Positions 27,443 to 36,965 of a stretch of DNA of 64,000 nt are shown here, piece after piece. The notes beneath the pieces are model-generated. The model was given only the letters and a program-made list of their open reading frames with translations. It made no database searches and was not told where the DNA came from. The DNA comes from Nanobdellota archaeon. Its GTDB lineage: Archaea > Nanobdellota > Nanobdellia > Woesearchaeales > JAGLXL01. The stretch covers positions 9,192 to 73,191 of the forward strand of contig JBHPDN010000001.1 in assembly GCA_042577865.1 (NCBI GenBank). Direction: 5' to 3'. The stretch's first letter is position 1. Every line of letters starts with the position of its first letter. The position numbers were made by a program, and so were the translations under genes.

Positions 27443-29925
27443 AAATATTCTCCTAACTTACTTTGATCTTTGCTTTCAGAAAGAGCTTCTTTAGTATAAC
27501 CCAAAACATTAAAGATTCTTTCAACTGCTGGCACTACTTGGTTATTAATATAATAATCATCATCATATTCTCCTTCAGAAATTTCTTCAGGCAGTTTGGC
27601 TCTTTCACGGATAATACCTTTGCCAGGAGTTACCACCCATTGAATCAACGAACCAGGACCCACATCCTGACCCATACCCATCATTCTTTTGGCTACTGCC
27701 ACATGAGGGCCGATTGAATCATAACTGGCCACGTCTCTCTGCAGTTGAGTATTAATGATTACTTTACTGTTAGGCACTCTATGTGCCCGCAAGTCATTGA
27801 CCACAGAGCGGACAAATTTAAAGGCCTTTTCCACATCTTTTTCACGTAAAATAATATTCAAAACTTTCTCCTGAGTTTCCTTAGCCACCAAACTCCAGTT
27901 ACGACGAACAGCCTCAAAACCGGCAATTTTCAAATTGCCTTTTTCAGACAGTAAAGCATATTTTTTCTTAGCACCAAAAGCATTTGCTTTAGCTGAAACA
28001 AATAATCCGCGCGGATAAAATCCTTCATATTCCAGTTCCATCAAGCCCGGCAAATCTGCATTAATTAAATCAACAAAATTCATAGCTTCTTCTTTTTTCT
28101 TATCACCTAAAGTCAAAAAAACACTGTCTGTATCTGAATACAAAACTTCAAAACCAGCTTCCTGTGCCTTGGCAATAGCAGAGGTGATGTAATTCCTGGC
28201 ATAAGCTGTGATTGACTTGGCGCATTCCAAACAATACCATCTTGCAGCAAAAAATCCGTAATAACCGTAAAAAGCATTGGCCAGTAATTTCAGGGCATTG
28301 GAGCGTGCTTTCAGCAAAACACTTTCTTTTTCTTTCATGATTTCTTTGATTCTCATTCTTCTGGTAATCAAATTCTCCAGGATTGTCGGCAAAAAACCTT
28401 TTCTCTTGGTACAAAACCAATAATTCTCGCCAGGAACCTTGGCATTTTCACAGCAGGAGCATCCTAAAGTGCTGCCTGAAATATTATGTGAACTGATAAT
28501 AGTTGGATACAATGATCTAAAATCAAAGATAATTAAATCAGAATACAGTCCTGGTTTGGGTTCAAAAACAAAACCTCCTTTGTAAGTGTGCATCTGCCTG
28601 GCTTTGATATCGTTATAACCAGGCCTGTTTGGTGCCAGTGCATCAAAGTGTTTTAATTGACTGAAGATATATCCTTCAACTAATCTTGAAAAGCTCATTC
28701 TACAGACCATGAACAAAGGCAGCCTTACAATTTTGACCATCTCTTCAAGATTAGGCAAAATCTTCTCACACAATTTAAAAGTCAGATAAGAGTCACGCAG
28801 ATTATATTCACAGTATTTTTCCAAAGCATCTAAATTATTGTCCCAGTCATCAGCCAGATTGTCCAACTCCACTTCATATTTTCTTTCACCTAACAGTTCC
28901 TGTCCTACTGCATCCAAGGTAAAGACATCAGTCTGCAAAGTTGTGGCCATGGTTCGCCTGATAAACTTAAAAATATCCAGATGAACAATACCATGAATTT
29001 GAGTTTTTTTCTCTCCCCTTTTGCTCATGGAAATTTTGTTATAGTCAAGACCCAAATCCAAATTGATTTTGTATTTCTTGGCCCTAGTCTCAAGATAAGG
29101 AAAATCAAAGCCGTCAGAATAATAACCAGTCAGGATATCTGGTTTGTACTGTTCCACCAGCTCCTTAAACCTATTGATCAAAGCAGCTTCTCCGTCAACA
29201 AACTCAATATAATCTAAATCTGTCTTGAATCTTTTCCAGGTGATCACCTTCTTAAAGCCATTCCCATACAAAGCCAGCATAATAATTGGATGTTCTTCTG
29301 GCAGAACTCTCCTTCCCAATGGATTGTAAGTTTCTATATCAAAAGCCAGTATTCTGTAATTTTCATACGAATCTTCAGAAAAATGTTCTATTTTTTCAGC
29401 TAAAAAAACAGGTACTTTGCTTTTTTCTTGGATAAATTCTCCTTCAGCCACTGCTGTTGTCAAAGGCACCAGTTCCACATCCATTAAATAACGTTTGATA
29501 AAGGGAATATCATATTCAAAACATTTGCCCACACCAGGATGAGCTTCAATTTCTTTTTTAATCAAAGGCACATGTTCAGGCAAAGCCGTTATCACTTTAA
29601 TCAAGCTCAAAGTTTCATTAAAGAATTTTCTTTCCACCATCTCTGTTTGAACCACTGAAGCCTGTGTTTCTTTATAGTCAACTTTCAGAGCTTCTAATTC
29701 CCTGCGCAGACCAGTTACATTGGTCCCTTCACTTGGTTGTATCAAAAAATAAGGGGAAAATGAAGCATCAACTACACAAATTCTTTTGCCGTCAGTTGTT
29801 CTTCCATAGATATAGACCCAAGGTTTTCCTTCCTTTGATTTGTAGGTAAAATCAAGAGGATGGAACTGAATTGACTCCCCCATTTTGCTACTCGGGGGTG
29901 TTGAGATATTTAAAGTTTTGCCCAA
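27439..29925 (-). CDS. polB: DNA polymerase, family B (archaeal replicative PolB)
   Basis: 828 aa. Exonuclease motifs (FDIETY), polymerase motif A (DFRSLYPTII), motif B (KLLANAFYGYYG), motif C (YSDTDSVF). No intein. Confidence 0.9.
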   Translation of the reverse strand: MGKTLNISTPPSSKMGESIQFHPLDFTYKSKEGKPWVYIYGRTTDGKRICVVDASFSPYFLIQPSEGTNVTGLRRELEALKVDYKETQASVVQTEMVERKFFNETLSLIKVITALPEHVPLIKKEIEAHPGVGKCFEYDIPFIKRYLMDVELVPLTTAVAEGEFIQEKSKVPVFLAEKIEHFSEDSYENYRILAFDIETYNPLGRRVLPEEHPIIMLALYGNGFKKVITWKRFKTDLDYIEFVDGEAALINRFKELVEQYKPDILTGYYSDGFDFPYLETRAKKYKINLDLGLDYNKISMSKRGEKKTQIHGIVHLDIFKFIRRTMATTLQTDVFTLDAVGQELLGERKYEVELDNLADDWDNNLDALEKYCEYNLRDSYLTFKLCEKILPNLEEMVKIVRLPLFMVCRMSFSRLVEGYIFSQLKHFDALAPNRPGYNDIKARQMHTYKGGFVFEPKPGLYSDLIIFDFRSLYPTIISSHNISGSTLGCSCCENAKVPGENYWFCTKRKGFLPTILENLITRRMRIKEIMKEKESVLLKARSNALKLLANAFYGYYGFFAARWYCLECAKSITAYARNYITSAIAKAQEAGFEVLYSDTDSVFLTLGDKKKEEAMNFVDLINADLPGLMELEYEGFYPRGLFVSAKANAFGAKKKYALLSEKGNLKIAGFEAVRRNWSLVAKETQEKVLNIILREKDVEKAFKFVRSVVNDLRAHRVPNSKVIINTQLQRDVASYDSIGPHVAVAKRMMGMGQDVGPGSLIQWVVTPGKGIIRERAKLPEEISEGEYDDDYYINNQVVPAVERIFNVLGYTKEALSESKDQSKLGEYF

Positions 29926-29972
29926 AAGATTTTTAAAGAGTCAGAATATTTCTTTTGTTGAGGTGAGCAAAT

Positions 29973-30548
29973 ATGAAAATAAAATACATGCTGCTAATAC
30001 TAACTCTTATTGTTATTGTGGGTTGTTCCGGAGAAGTCACGGTTGTCAATCAAAACGGAAATACTGATGACACAACTTCAGTGGATGACACCACCAGTAC
30101 AGATGCTGATAATATTGTAGTTGTCAATGGTGATTCTGTCGACACTGATACAGATGATGACACCACAGACAATACAGATGATGATACAACCCCAGTAGAC
30201 AGTACTAATACTTCTGATACAGATAACACCACCATCACAGATCCAACACCTGCACCAATTATCCCAGACCATATCATTGAAATTGAAGAGTGGGAGATTA
30301 ATCCGGATGATTTAACTATTGATGTTGGAGAGAGTGTCACCTGGATCAACAAAAAACCTACAGGCAAAAGAAATTCTGGTGCTTTCCTTTTTGAAATCAG
30401 GGGAGAATGCGGTGATATGCCTTCAGCAGTCCATATGGTGGAATTACTGCCAGGGGAAGAAGTCACTTACACTTTTGATGAAGTTGGCACCTGCACCTAT
30501 AAAGACAATCTCCAAGGAGAGTATGCTGCTAAGGTTAGAATAGAATAA
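29973..30548 (+). CDS. Secreted (lipoprotein-like) protein with Thr/Asp-rich linker and possible cupredoxin-like domain
   Basis: Signal peptide with a Cys after the hydrophobic core (LTLIVIVGCSGE). About 70-aa T/D-rich low-complexity linker. The C-terminal about 90 aa contains Cys/His/Met (GECGDMPSAVHM ... GTCTY) in a beta-rich context. Copper-site assignment is tentative. Confidence 0.4.
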   Translation: MKIKYMLLILTLIVIVGCSGEVTVVNQNGNTDDTTSVDDTTSTDADNIVVVNGDSVDTDTDDDTTDNTDDDTTPVDSTNTSDTDNTTITDPTPAPIIPDHIIEIEEWEINPDDLTIDVGESVTWINKKPTGKRNSGAFLFEIRGECGDMPSAVHMVELLPGEEVTYTFDEVGTCTYKDNLQGEYAAKVRIE

Positions 30549-30589
30549 AACCCCAACTTTTTTAAACTCTTTTCTTTTTTCTCTTTAAA

Positions 30590-31528
30590 ATGTATGATGT
30601 TATTATCATCGGAGCCGGACCAGCTGGTTTGACTGCTGCTCTTTATACTGGCAGGAAAAACCTCAAAACCCTAGTTATTTCAGTAGATATTGGCGGCCAG
30701 TGTAATTTGACTAGCCAGATAGAAAACTATCCAGGTGTTAAGTCCATGCCTGGTTTTGAACTGACTCAGGAAATGGAAAAACAGGCTAAGAGTTCTGGTG
30801 TTGAATTTGTTTACGGCAAAGTTGAAAAGGTAGAGAAAAAAGATGGTTTTGTTGTTAAAATTAAAGACAAGGAATTCAAAGGTAAAACAGTGATTCTGGC
30901 TGTTGGCCGCGTTCCTAGACCTTTAGATATTCCTGGGGAAGCAGAATATCTTGGCAAAGGTGTCCATACTTGTACGACCTGTGACGCTCCATTATACAGC
31001 AAAAAAACAGTAGCTATGGTTGGTGGCGGCAATTCGGCTGTTGACGGTGCTTTAGAGCTTTCTAAAATAGGCGCCGAAAAGGTTTACTTAATCCACAGGA
31101 GAAAAGATTTCAGGGCAGATGATTCCACAGTTGAAAAAGCTGAACAGGACAAAAAGATAGAGATTGTCACTCCATATTCGCCAGTGGAAATCAAAGGTGA
31201 AAAATTTGTTCAGGCCATGATTCTCAAAAACAATGAGACTGATGAAACAAAAGAATTAAAAGTTGATGGTGCTTTTATAGAAATAGGCTCAATAGTAGAT
31301 GTCAGCGCAGTTAAAGATTTAGTTGAAATAAATAAATTTAATGAGATTGTTATCAATGAAAACTGCCACACCTCACATGAAGGTGTTTTTGCTGCCGGAG
31401 ACGCGACCACCATAAAATACAAACAAGTGGTCATTGCTGCTGGTGAAGGAGCCAAAGCTGCCCTTGAGGCATATAATTATTTAACAGGAGGAAAAGGCCT
31501 GGGTCTTCTGGACTGGGCCAAGAAATAA
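30590..31528 (+). CDS. trxB: Thioredoxin reductase
   Basis: FAD motif (YDVIIIGAGPAGLTAA), redox-active CTTCD (CxxC), NAD(P)H motif (GGGNSAVDGA), C-terminal FAD motif (FAAGD). 312 aa. Confidence 0.8.
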   Translation: MYDVIIIGAGPAGLTAALYTGRKNLKTLVISVDIGGQCNLTSQIENYPGVKSMPGFELTQEMEKQAKSSGVEFVYGKVEKVEKKDGFVVKIKDKEFKGKTVILAVGRVPRPLDIPGEAEYLGKGVHTCTTCDAPLYSKKTVAMVGGGNSAVDGALELSKIGAEKVYLIHRRKDFRADDSTVEKAEQDKKIEIVTPYSPVEIKGEKFVQAMILKNNETDETKELKVDGAFIEIGSIVDVSAVKDLVEINKFNEIVINENCHTSHEGVFAAGDATTIKYKQVVIAAGEGAKAALEAYNYLTGGKGLGLLDWAKK

Positions 31529-31532
31529 AAAA

Positions 31533-32039
31533 ATGAAATCACAATATAAAGACCAAAGAATTGGAGTTTTTGTTGATATACAGAATTTGTATTATTCTGC
31601 CAAGCATTTGTATAAGAAAAAAGTTAATTTTGGCGCTGTTTTGAAAGAAGCTGTTAAGAATAGGATTTTAGTCAGGGCCATTGCTTATGTTATTAAGGCA
31701 GAAGCTATGAAAGAAAAGACTTTTTTTGACGCTCTGGAATTAATGGGCTATGAAGTTAAAAGCAAAGATTTGCAGATATTTTACGGTGGATCTAAGAAAG
31801 GCGACTGGGACATAGGTATTGCTATGGATGCCATTGAAATGGCTCCTAAATTAGATGTTGTGGTTATTGTCAGCGGTGACGGTGACTATAAAGAACTAAT
31901 CCAGCATCTGCAAAGAGCTCAGGGCTGCAGGGTAGAAGCAGTTGCTTTTGGTCAATCAGCTTCCAGCAAGCTTAGGGATGTTGCTGACCAATTTGTTGAC
32001 TTGGACAGGAACTCTAAAAGATTCTTAATGATGAAATAA
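31533..32039 (+). CDS. NYN/LabA-like (PIN-like) domain protein
   Basis: N-terminal acidic-residue pattern (IGVFVDIQNLYYS) and ...VVVIVSGDGDYKELI. 168 aa. Confidence 0.65.
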   Translation: MKSQYKDQRIGVFVDIQNLYYSAKHLYKKKVNFGAVLKEAVKNRILVRAIAYVIKAEAMKEKTFFDALELMGYEVKSKDLQIFYGGSKKGDWDIGIAMDAIEMAPKLDVVVIVSGDGDYKELIQHLQRAQGCRVEAVAFGQSASSKLRDVADQFVDLDRNSKRFLMMK

Positions 32040-32797
32040 TGATCAAAAAAGTTTTTTTTGAAAACAGCCAAGGCCAAAAATTAGCCGGAGTTCTTATTGT
32101 TCCTGACAAAGAAGGTAAGTTTCCAGCTATTCTTAGATTACATGGTTTCCGAAGCGGCAAAGATTCTCGATCAGGTGTTGTTTTTGACGAAAAATTCAAA
32201 GAAGATTACATCTACTTAAGATTTGATTTCTTTGCTCACGGCGAAAGTGAGGGTGAATTTGAAAACCTAACACCTTCAGAAGAAATAGATGACGCCAAAG
32301 CAGCTATTGATTTTGTAACTAAATTAGAACAGTGCAATGGAGATGTCGGCTTGATTGGCTCTTCTTTAGGTGGCATGGTTGCCATCTACGCTGCTGCTAA
32401 TGATCCAAGAGTTAAAGCTGCTATGTTTGGCGCTCCTGTTTCGGATTTCAAAACATGTTTTTCTAAATTAGAAGACATAGAAGCCTGGAAAGAGCAGGGC
32501 TGGAAATACACTTACAATTTCGAAGGCCAGAAATTCAAAATCAAATTTGATTTTTTTGAAGACGGCTGCCAATATGATCTTTACCAAGAAGCGGACAAAA
32601 TTGAAGTGCCGGTTCTAGTTCTCCAAGGTGATTTAGATGAATCTATTCCTATGGAACACACCCAAGAGTTGATGAAACATCTCAAGAATGGAAAATTAGA
32701 AATTCTTAAAGGAGCAAAACATCATTGGGCTTCCCAGCCAGAACATTTCAAAACATTTGTAGACAAAACAGTGGAATTCTTCAAAGAAAATCTTTAG
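32039..32797 (+). CDS. Alpha/beta-hydrolase fold esterase (dienelactone hydrolase-like)
   Basis: Nucleophile elbow GSSLGG. Overall alpha/beta-hydrolase order. 252 aa. Confidence 0.65.
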   Translation: MIKKVFFENSQGQKLAGVLIVPDKEGKFPAILRLHGFRSGKDSRSGVVFDEKFKEDYIYLRFDFFAHGESEGEFENLTPSEEIDDAKAAIDFVTKLEQCNGDVGLIGSSLGGMVAIYAAANDPRVKAAMFGAPVSDFKTCFSKLEDIEAWKEQGWKYTYNFEGQKFKIKFDFFEDGCQYDLYQEADKIEVPVLVLQGDLDESIPMEHTQELMKHLKNGKLEILKGAKHHWASQPEHFKTFVDKTVEFFKENL

Positions 32798-33888
32798 ATA
32801 AAACCTAAACTCAAATCTCCTTCTTGGGAACCGGCGCGCTCATCAATAAATTTCTTAACTGATTTATAACTGTCAATAACTTTAACTTCTAAATTTCTGT
32901 TAAAATCCAAAACCCCTGTAGCTGTTTTTTGGACTGTTCTTTGAATTCCCTTACAAAGAATTTTAGCTTTGGGACCAACTACTTCAATCCATTCAAATCT
33001 TTTCCTCCTAATTTCTTCCTGAACAGAACCTTGAAATTGGACTGGAATAGATATGTGTCTACCTAATTTCTTAGAAGTTCCCTCTACCGTATTGTCATAA
33101 GGCAGGGCATCGCTGTTAGCTACAACCACTTGATGTAAAGGATGGAAAACATCACCTTCAGATAAGATATACTCTTCTAATCTTTGAGCTGCTTCTCTAA
33201 AATACTTGGTATGAAACGCAGCAGAAACCAGACCTTCCATAGAAACAACCTTTTTGACCAAACCTTGTTCTTCAAGATATTCTTTAAAATTCCTAATGTC
33301 TTCTATTGGTCCGCCAACTGTACGGTTTCCCGGACTATTGAAGATAGCAGGACTGATATCCAAACCAAATTCCTGGGCAACTTGAGACAAATAATTATCA
33401 AAACTAATCAGTTGATCTTTATAATCAATTTCTTCTGGACCAATCACCGCTGCCATTGTGGTTCCTTCACCAGCTTCACTCATTAGTTGTCCTCTTCTCT
33501 TGGCAATCCTGAAGGCACTGGTCAAAGGTATCTTACCAGCAGCCACTAAAGCATATAATTCTCCAAAAGAAAACCCTATTCTGACATCACCTGGATTATT
33601 TTTACCAAAACCCAGATATTCATTGCCTTCTATTCTGATTACATCACCAGTTGAATAACCTAAAGCTGCAGTATTGGCTAAAATCAAAGGCTGTTGAACA
33701 GCAGTATCTTGCTGTTGTTCTGGTTTAGCATTATCAGATAATTCTCTTAAAGGCATACCTGTTTCATCTTCCCCAATAGAATAAATCTTAGTTACTCCTT
33801 TTTTAATTTCAGGGTGGTCCCCAAGAACTTTCTTATGCATCCCAACATATTGTGTCCCCTGACCCACATAAATCTTTAATTTACTCAA
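32794..33888 (-). CDS. FabD-like malonyl-CoA:ACP transacylase family acyltransferase
   Basis: Collinear with E. coli FabD: VGQGTQYVGM (FPGQGSQ), GFSFGELYALVAAGKI (GHSLGEYSALVCAG), RRGQLMSEA ... TTMAAVIG, NFNSPGNRTVGG, SAAFHTKY (catalytic His region), EVGPKAKIL. Carries an about 50-aa C-terminal extension. Confidence 0.7.
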   Translation of the reverse strand: MSKLKIYVGQGTQYVGMHKKVLGDHPEIKKGVTKIYSIGEDETGMPLRELSDNAKPEQQQDTAVQQPLILANTAALGYSTGDVIRIEGNEYLGFGKNNPGDVRIGFSFGELYALVAAGKIPLTSAFRIAKRRGQLMSEAGEGTTMAAVIGPEEIDYKDQLISFDNYLSQVAQEFGLDISPAIFNSPGNRTVGGPIEDIRNFKEYLEEQGLVKKVVSMEGLVSAAFHTKYFREAAQRLEEYILSEGDVFHPLHQVVVANSDALPYDNTVEGTSKKLGRHISIPVQFQGSVQEEIRRKRFEWIEVVGPKAKILCKGIQRTVQKTATGVLDFNRNLEVKVIDSYKSVKKFIDERAGSQEGDLSLGFI

Positions 33889-34029
33889 GCTATCACCTTC
33901 TTTTCCCTCTAGAATCTTCTTTTCATTTAAAAATGTTACTTTTCATCATCACACAGTTCTCAACAACATTTATAAAGAAGTTCGATTTCATTTTTATTGA
34001 ATTTTTGAGTAAACAAAGGAGGCGATTAC

Positions 34030-34266
34030 ATGAAGATTAAGGTTTATTCCACACCAGTTTGTCCTGAATGCAAGGTTGTTAAAAGTTTTCTCGAAGCGCT
34101 TAATGTTGACTTTGAAGAAGTCAATGCTGCCGGCAACCAGGAAATTATTGAATATATAGAGAAAAAGACCGGCCAAAGGCGCGTTCCTGTTATTGAAGCT
34201 GACGATCAGATTATCATTGGTTTTGACCAGGCAGCTATCAAAAAAGTTCTTAATTTGAGTAAATAA
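34030..34266 (+). CDS. Glutaredoxin-like small redox protein (NrdH/Grx family)
   Basis: 78 aa. CPEC redox motif near the N-terminus and thioredoxin-fold pattern (VPVIEADDQIIIGFD). Preceded by a GGAGG SD. Confidence 0.75.
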   Translation: MKIKVYSTPVCPECKVVKSFLEALNVDFEEVNAAGNQEIIEYIEKKTGQRRVPVIEADDQIIIGFDQAAIKKVLNLSK

Positions 34267-34294
34267 TTTAAACTCTTCTTTCTTTCTTCTTTTT

Positions 34295-34876
34295 ATGAAA
34301 AGAGGTGTTTTGATTGCCATCATTATTTTTGCTGTTTTAGCTACTGATTTCTTGAGCTTATTGGCTTTTCAATCAACAGCTTTCCAGGACAAACTCTATC
34401 AAACAGAAGAGCAAATCAACACCATTGAATTTCTTAAAGACAATGAACCATTAGAAGTCAATTATTCTGAAAATGAGATTTCTCATTTAGAAGACGTCAA
34501 AAGTCTCATGACGAAAATGAATTATTATTTTATTGGTGTCACTGTTCTCATCATCTTGTCTTTGCTTTACATCTACAAACAGGATAAAAAACAAATCTAC
34601 AAAGCTTTCCTTTATGGAGGTATTGTTTCATTTGCTGTTCTCATGGCCATCTTGCTTTGGATTATCATTGACTTCACTTCCATCTTTGATATTTTCCACA
34701 AACTTCTTTTCCAGGACGGCACCTACACTTTTGGTCCGGATGAAATTCTGCCAAAAATTTTCCCGGTTTCATTTTTCTTCAATATCTCAAAAGAAATTTT
34801 TACCAAGACAGTCATCTCCAGTGCTATTTTCATTGCCCTTGGTTTTGCTTTAAAGAAAAAGAGGAAAAAGAAATGA
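34295..34876 (+). CDS. Integral membrane protein (uncharacterised family)
   Basis: 193 aa, 4 TM helices, KKKRKKK C-terminus. Family not confidently assigned. Confidence 0.4.
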   Translation: MKRGVLIAIIIFAVLATDFLSLLAFQSTAFQDKLYQTEEQINTIEFLKDNEPLEVNYSENEISHLEDVKSLMTKMNYYFIGVTVLIILSLLYIYKQDKKQIYKAFLYGGIVSFAVLMAILLWIIIDFTSIFDIFHKLLFQDGTYTFGPDEILPKIFPVSFFFNISKEIFTKTVISSAIFIALGFALKKKRKKK

Positions 34877-35520
34877 CTCCAGTAATAATCATCAACTTCA
34901 AAGCTTACAAAGAATCTATTGGTAAAAAAGGATGGAAACTGGCCAAAATTTGTGAACAAGCAGCCAGGAAATACAACTCTAAAATTATCATCTGCCCTCA
35001 GGAAATTGATCTTTCTCTATTCGCTCAAAAAATAAAAATTCCTGTTTACGCTCAGCATCTGGATCCAATAGAACCCGGCAAAAAGACCGGCTTTATTACT
35101 CCGGCCGAAGCCAAGGCAGAAGGTGTCAAAGGAACTCTTATCAACCATTCAGAACACCCTTTAAAATTAAAAGATATCAAAACCCTTGTCAAGCTCTGCA
35201 AAAAATACAAACTCATTTCAGTTGTCTGTGTTCCCGACCTAAAAACTCTCAAAAAAATTAGAACCTTAAAACCAGATTACATTGCTTACGAACCTCCATC
35301 TTTAATCGGAGGAAAAGTCTCAGTCACTAATGCTAAGCCAGACATCATCAAAAAAGCTGTTAAATCCACCAAAACAAAAGTTCTAGTCGGTGCCGGTGTC
35401 AAATCACATCAGGACCTCAAAACAGCCCTTAAATTAGGCACTCATGGAGTTCTGGTTGCTTCTGATATTGTCAAAGCTAAAAACCCAAAAAAAGAATTAA
35501 AAGAATTGATTAACGGATAG
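34873..35520 (+). CDS. tpiA: Triosephosphate isomerase (archaeal short form)
   Basis: 215 aa. INFKAYKES N-terminus (catalytic Lys), LINHSEH (catalytic His), AYEPP (catalytic Glu), C-terminal phosphate-binding GAGV. Confidence 0.8.
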   Translation: MTPVIIINFKAYKESIGKKGWKLAKICEQAARKYNSKIIICPQEIDLSLFAQKIKIPVYAQHLDPIEPGKKTGFITPAEAKAEGVKGTLINHSEHPLKLKDIKTLVKLCKKYKLISVVCVPDLKTLKKIRTLKPDYIAYEPPSLIGGKVSVTNAKPDIIKKAVKSTKTKVLVGAGVKSHQDLKTALKLGTHGVLVASDIVKAKNPKKELKELING

Positions 35521-36040
35521 TAATATACAACTTCTTAACTACATCATACTGACTGCCGTCTTTTGAAACATAAACATTAAAGACATATGTTCCGGCCGGA
35601 GCATTCTTCGGTACTTCAGCTAAAATCGCATCCTTTCTCTGTTCATTTTCATCAATTAAAAAAGTCTCTTTGTCATATCTAAACCAATCATCTGCATCTA
35701 TTTCATAATCTTGTATTGGCGTGACCCCGTCTTTTTGCACTGCTGTGCTGTTGGTAACCTTCATACTAAAAGTACCGCTGTTTCCAATGTTCAAAATACC
35801 AATGCCAAAAATGTGACTGTCTCCCCTACTAATTGTTTGCCTATTAAACGGCAGAACGATCTGCTTCCCACCTTCTAATAATTCTGTCAGCTGCCGGTCA
35901 GTCTGTTCATCCAAATCTTTTTTGATATCTCCAGCACCACCGATAAAGGTATTTAACAAAACAATTCCCAGAATTAAAAGAACCACCGCTAGCACGATGA
36001 CGACTATGAAACTTATTGACAATTCAAATCCTTTTTTCAT
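35510..36040 (-). CDS. Archaeal type-IV-pilin-like protein (class III signal peptide)
   Basis: N-terminus MKKG|FELSISFIVVIVLAVVLLILGIVLL: basic n-region, Gly, then a long hydrophobic helix. Last gene of a three-gene minus-strand unit. Confidence 0.5.
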   Translation of the reverse strand: MKKGFELSISFIVVIVLAVVLLILGIVLLNTFIGGAGDIKKDLDEQTDRQLTELLEGGKQIVLPFNRQTISRGDSHIFGIGILNIGNSGTFSMKVTNSTAVQKDGVTPIQDYEIDADDWFRYDKETFLIDENEQRKDAILAEVPKNAPAGTYVFNVYVSKDGSQYDVVKKLYITIR

Positions 36041-36063
36041 GGTATAAAGAAAATAAAAAGAAA

Positions 36064-36297
36064 TTATTTAAGTATTTCATACTCCTTGACAATCACGACT
36101 ACAAAGACAATCAGAAGTATGGCTCCAGCAATCATATACCAAATTCCTGAAGTGATGGTTTCAGTCAGAGATTTATACATCCCCCAGCCCATGACAATAA
36201 ATCCCAACCAAAGGAATTTATCCAAGACCAATTTAAGGATTTCAAACTCCTGGTCTGAAGTCATTCTTTTTTTCATTTTTCTGGTCATCTTGATCAC
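36064..36297 (-). CDS. Small membrane protein
   Basis: 77 aa, two TM segments. Sits between the two pilin-like genes with a 4-nt overlap upstream. Confidence 0.3.
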   Translation of the reverse strand: MIKMTRKMKKRMTSDQEFEILKLVLDKFLWLGFIVMGWGMYKSLTETITSGIWYMIAGAILLIVFVVVIVKEYEILK

Positions 36298-36839
36298 CCG
36301 ACTGTTACAAAGCTAAGTTTTGTTGCGTAGATACTGGTTGTATTTCCAGTACATCCATCACCAGGATATTCTATAACATTAGCTCTTAAAGCATATGTTC
36401 CTGGCGCCGGTACTGCTTCAGCTCGAATACCAAAAACTTGTGCATCTGCTGGCGACATCTGCAGACAACCTTTGTCCCATCGCAATTCAAAATCATCAGG
36501 GTCTGTATCGGTAAGATTAAAATCACTGTTTTCCAGATCCCAACTCATATCGATTTTGAAATTCAGTTGCGACCCGCCAGTGTTTTGTACACCTAAAGTC
36601 AAGACTTTGCTTTCTCTCCTGTTCATTTTGATATCTCTTGGAAAGTCAACTTGTTCACCAGAAGTTCTTAATTGAGCAGTAATCTGTTCTTTAACCTGCT
36701 GCTGAACATCTGTCCCAATACTGGTTATTTGACTGAATTGGCTCCTGACAAAAGCCAAACCTAGACCAAGAAGAGTCATCGCAATAACAATAATTACAAT
36801 CACTTGGATAGAAAGATTAAGCGAACCTCTTTTTGACAT
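36294..36839 (-). CDS. Archaeal type-IV-pilin-like protein (class III signal peptide)
   Basis: N-terminus MSKRG|SLNLSIQVIVIIVIAMTLLGLGLAFV. Beta-rich remainder with NxT/S sequons. First gene of the unit. Confidence 0.5.
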   Translation of the reverse strand: MSKRGSLNLSIQVIVIIVIAMTLLGLGLAFVRSQFSQITSIGTDVQQQVKEQITAQLRTSGEQVDFPRDIKMNRRESKVLTLGVQNTGGSQLNFKIDMSWDLENSDFNLTDTDPDDFELRWDKGCLQMSPADAQVFGIRAEAVPAPGTYALRANVIEYPGDGCTGNTTSIYATKLSFVTVG

Positions 36840-36965
36840 TTTTTACACCTCTTCTTTTAAATATGATTAAGTCTAATTAATTGTTTGTTATTTTTAAATG
36901 TTTCTATGGGTTTAAGCCGGATTTAACAAAAAACTTTATAAATGGCCTGTTAATTCTTAAGGGCT

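Noticed and set aside
30050-30250. Repetitive GATGACACCAC-like DNA, a possible tandem repeat or mobile element
   Set aside because: It lies in-frame inside the lipoprotein gene and encodes the Thr/Asp-rich linker. It is coding low complexity, not a non-coding repeat.
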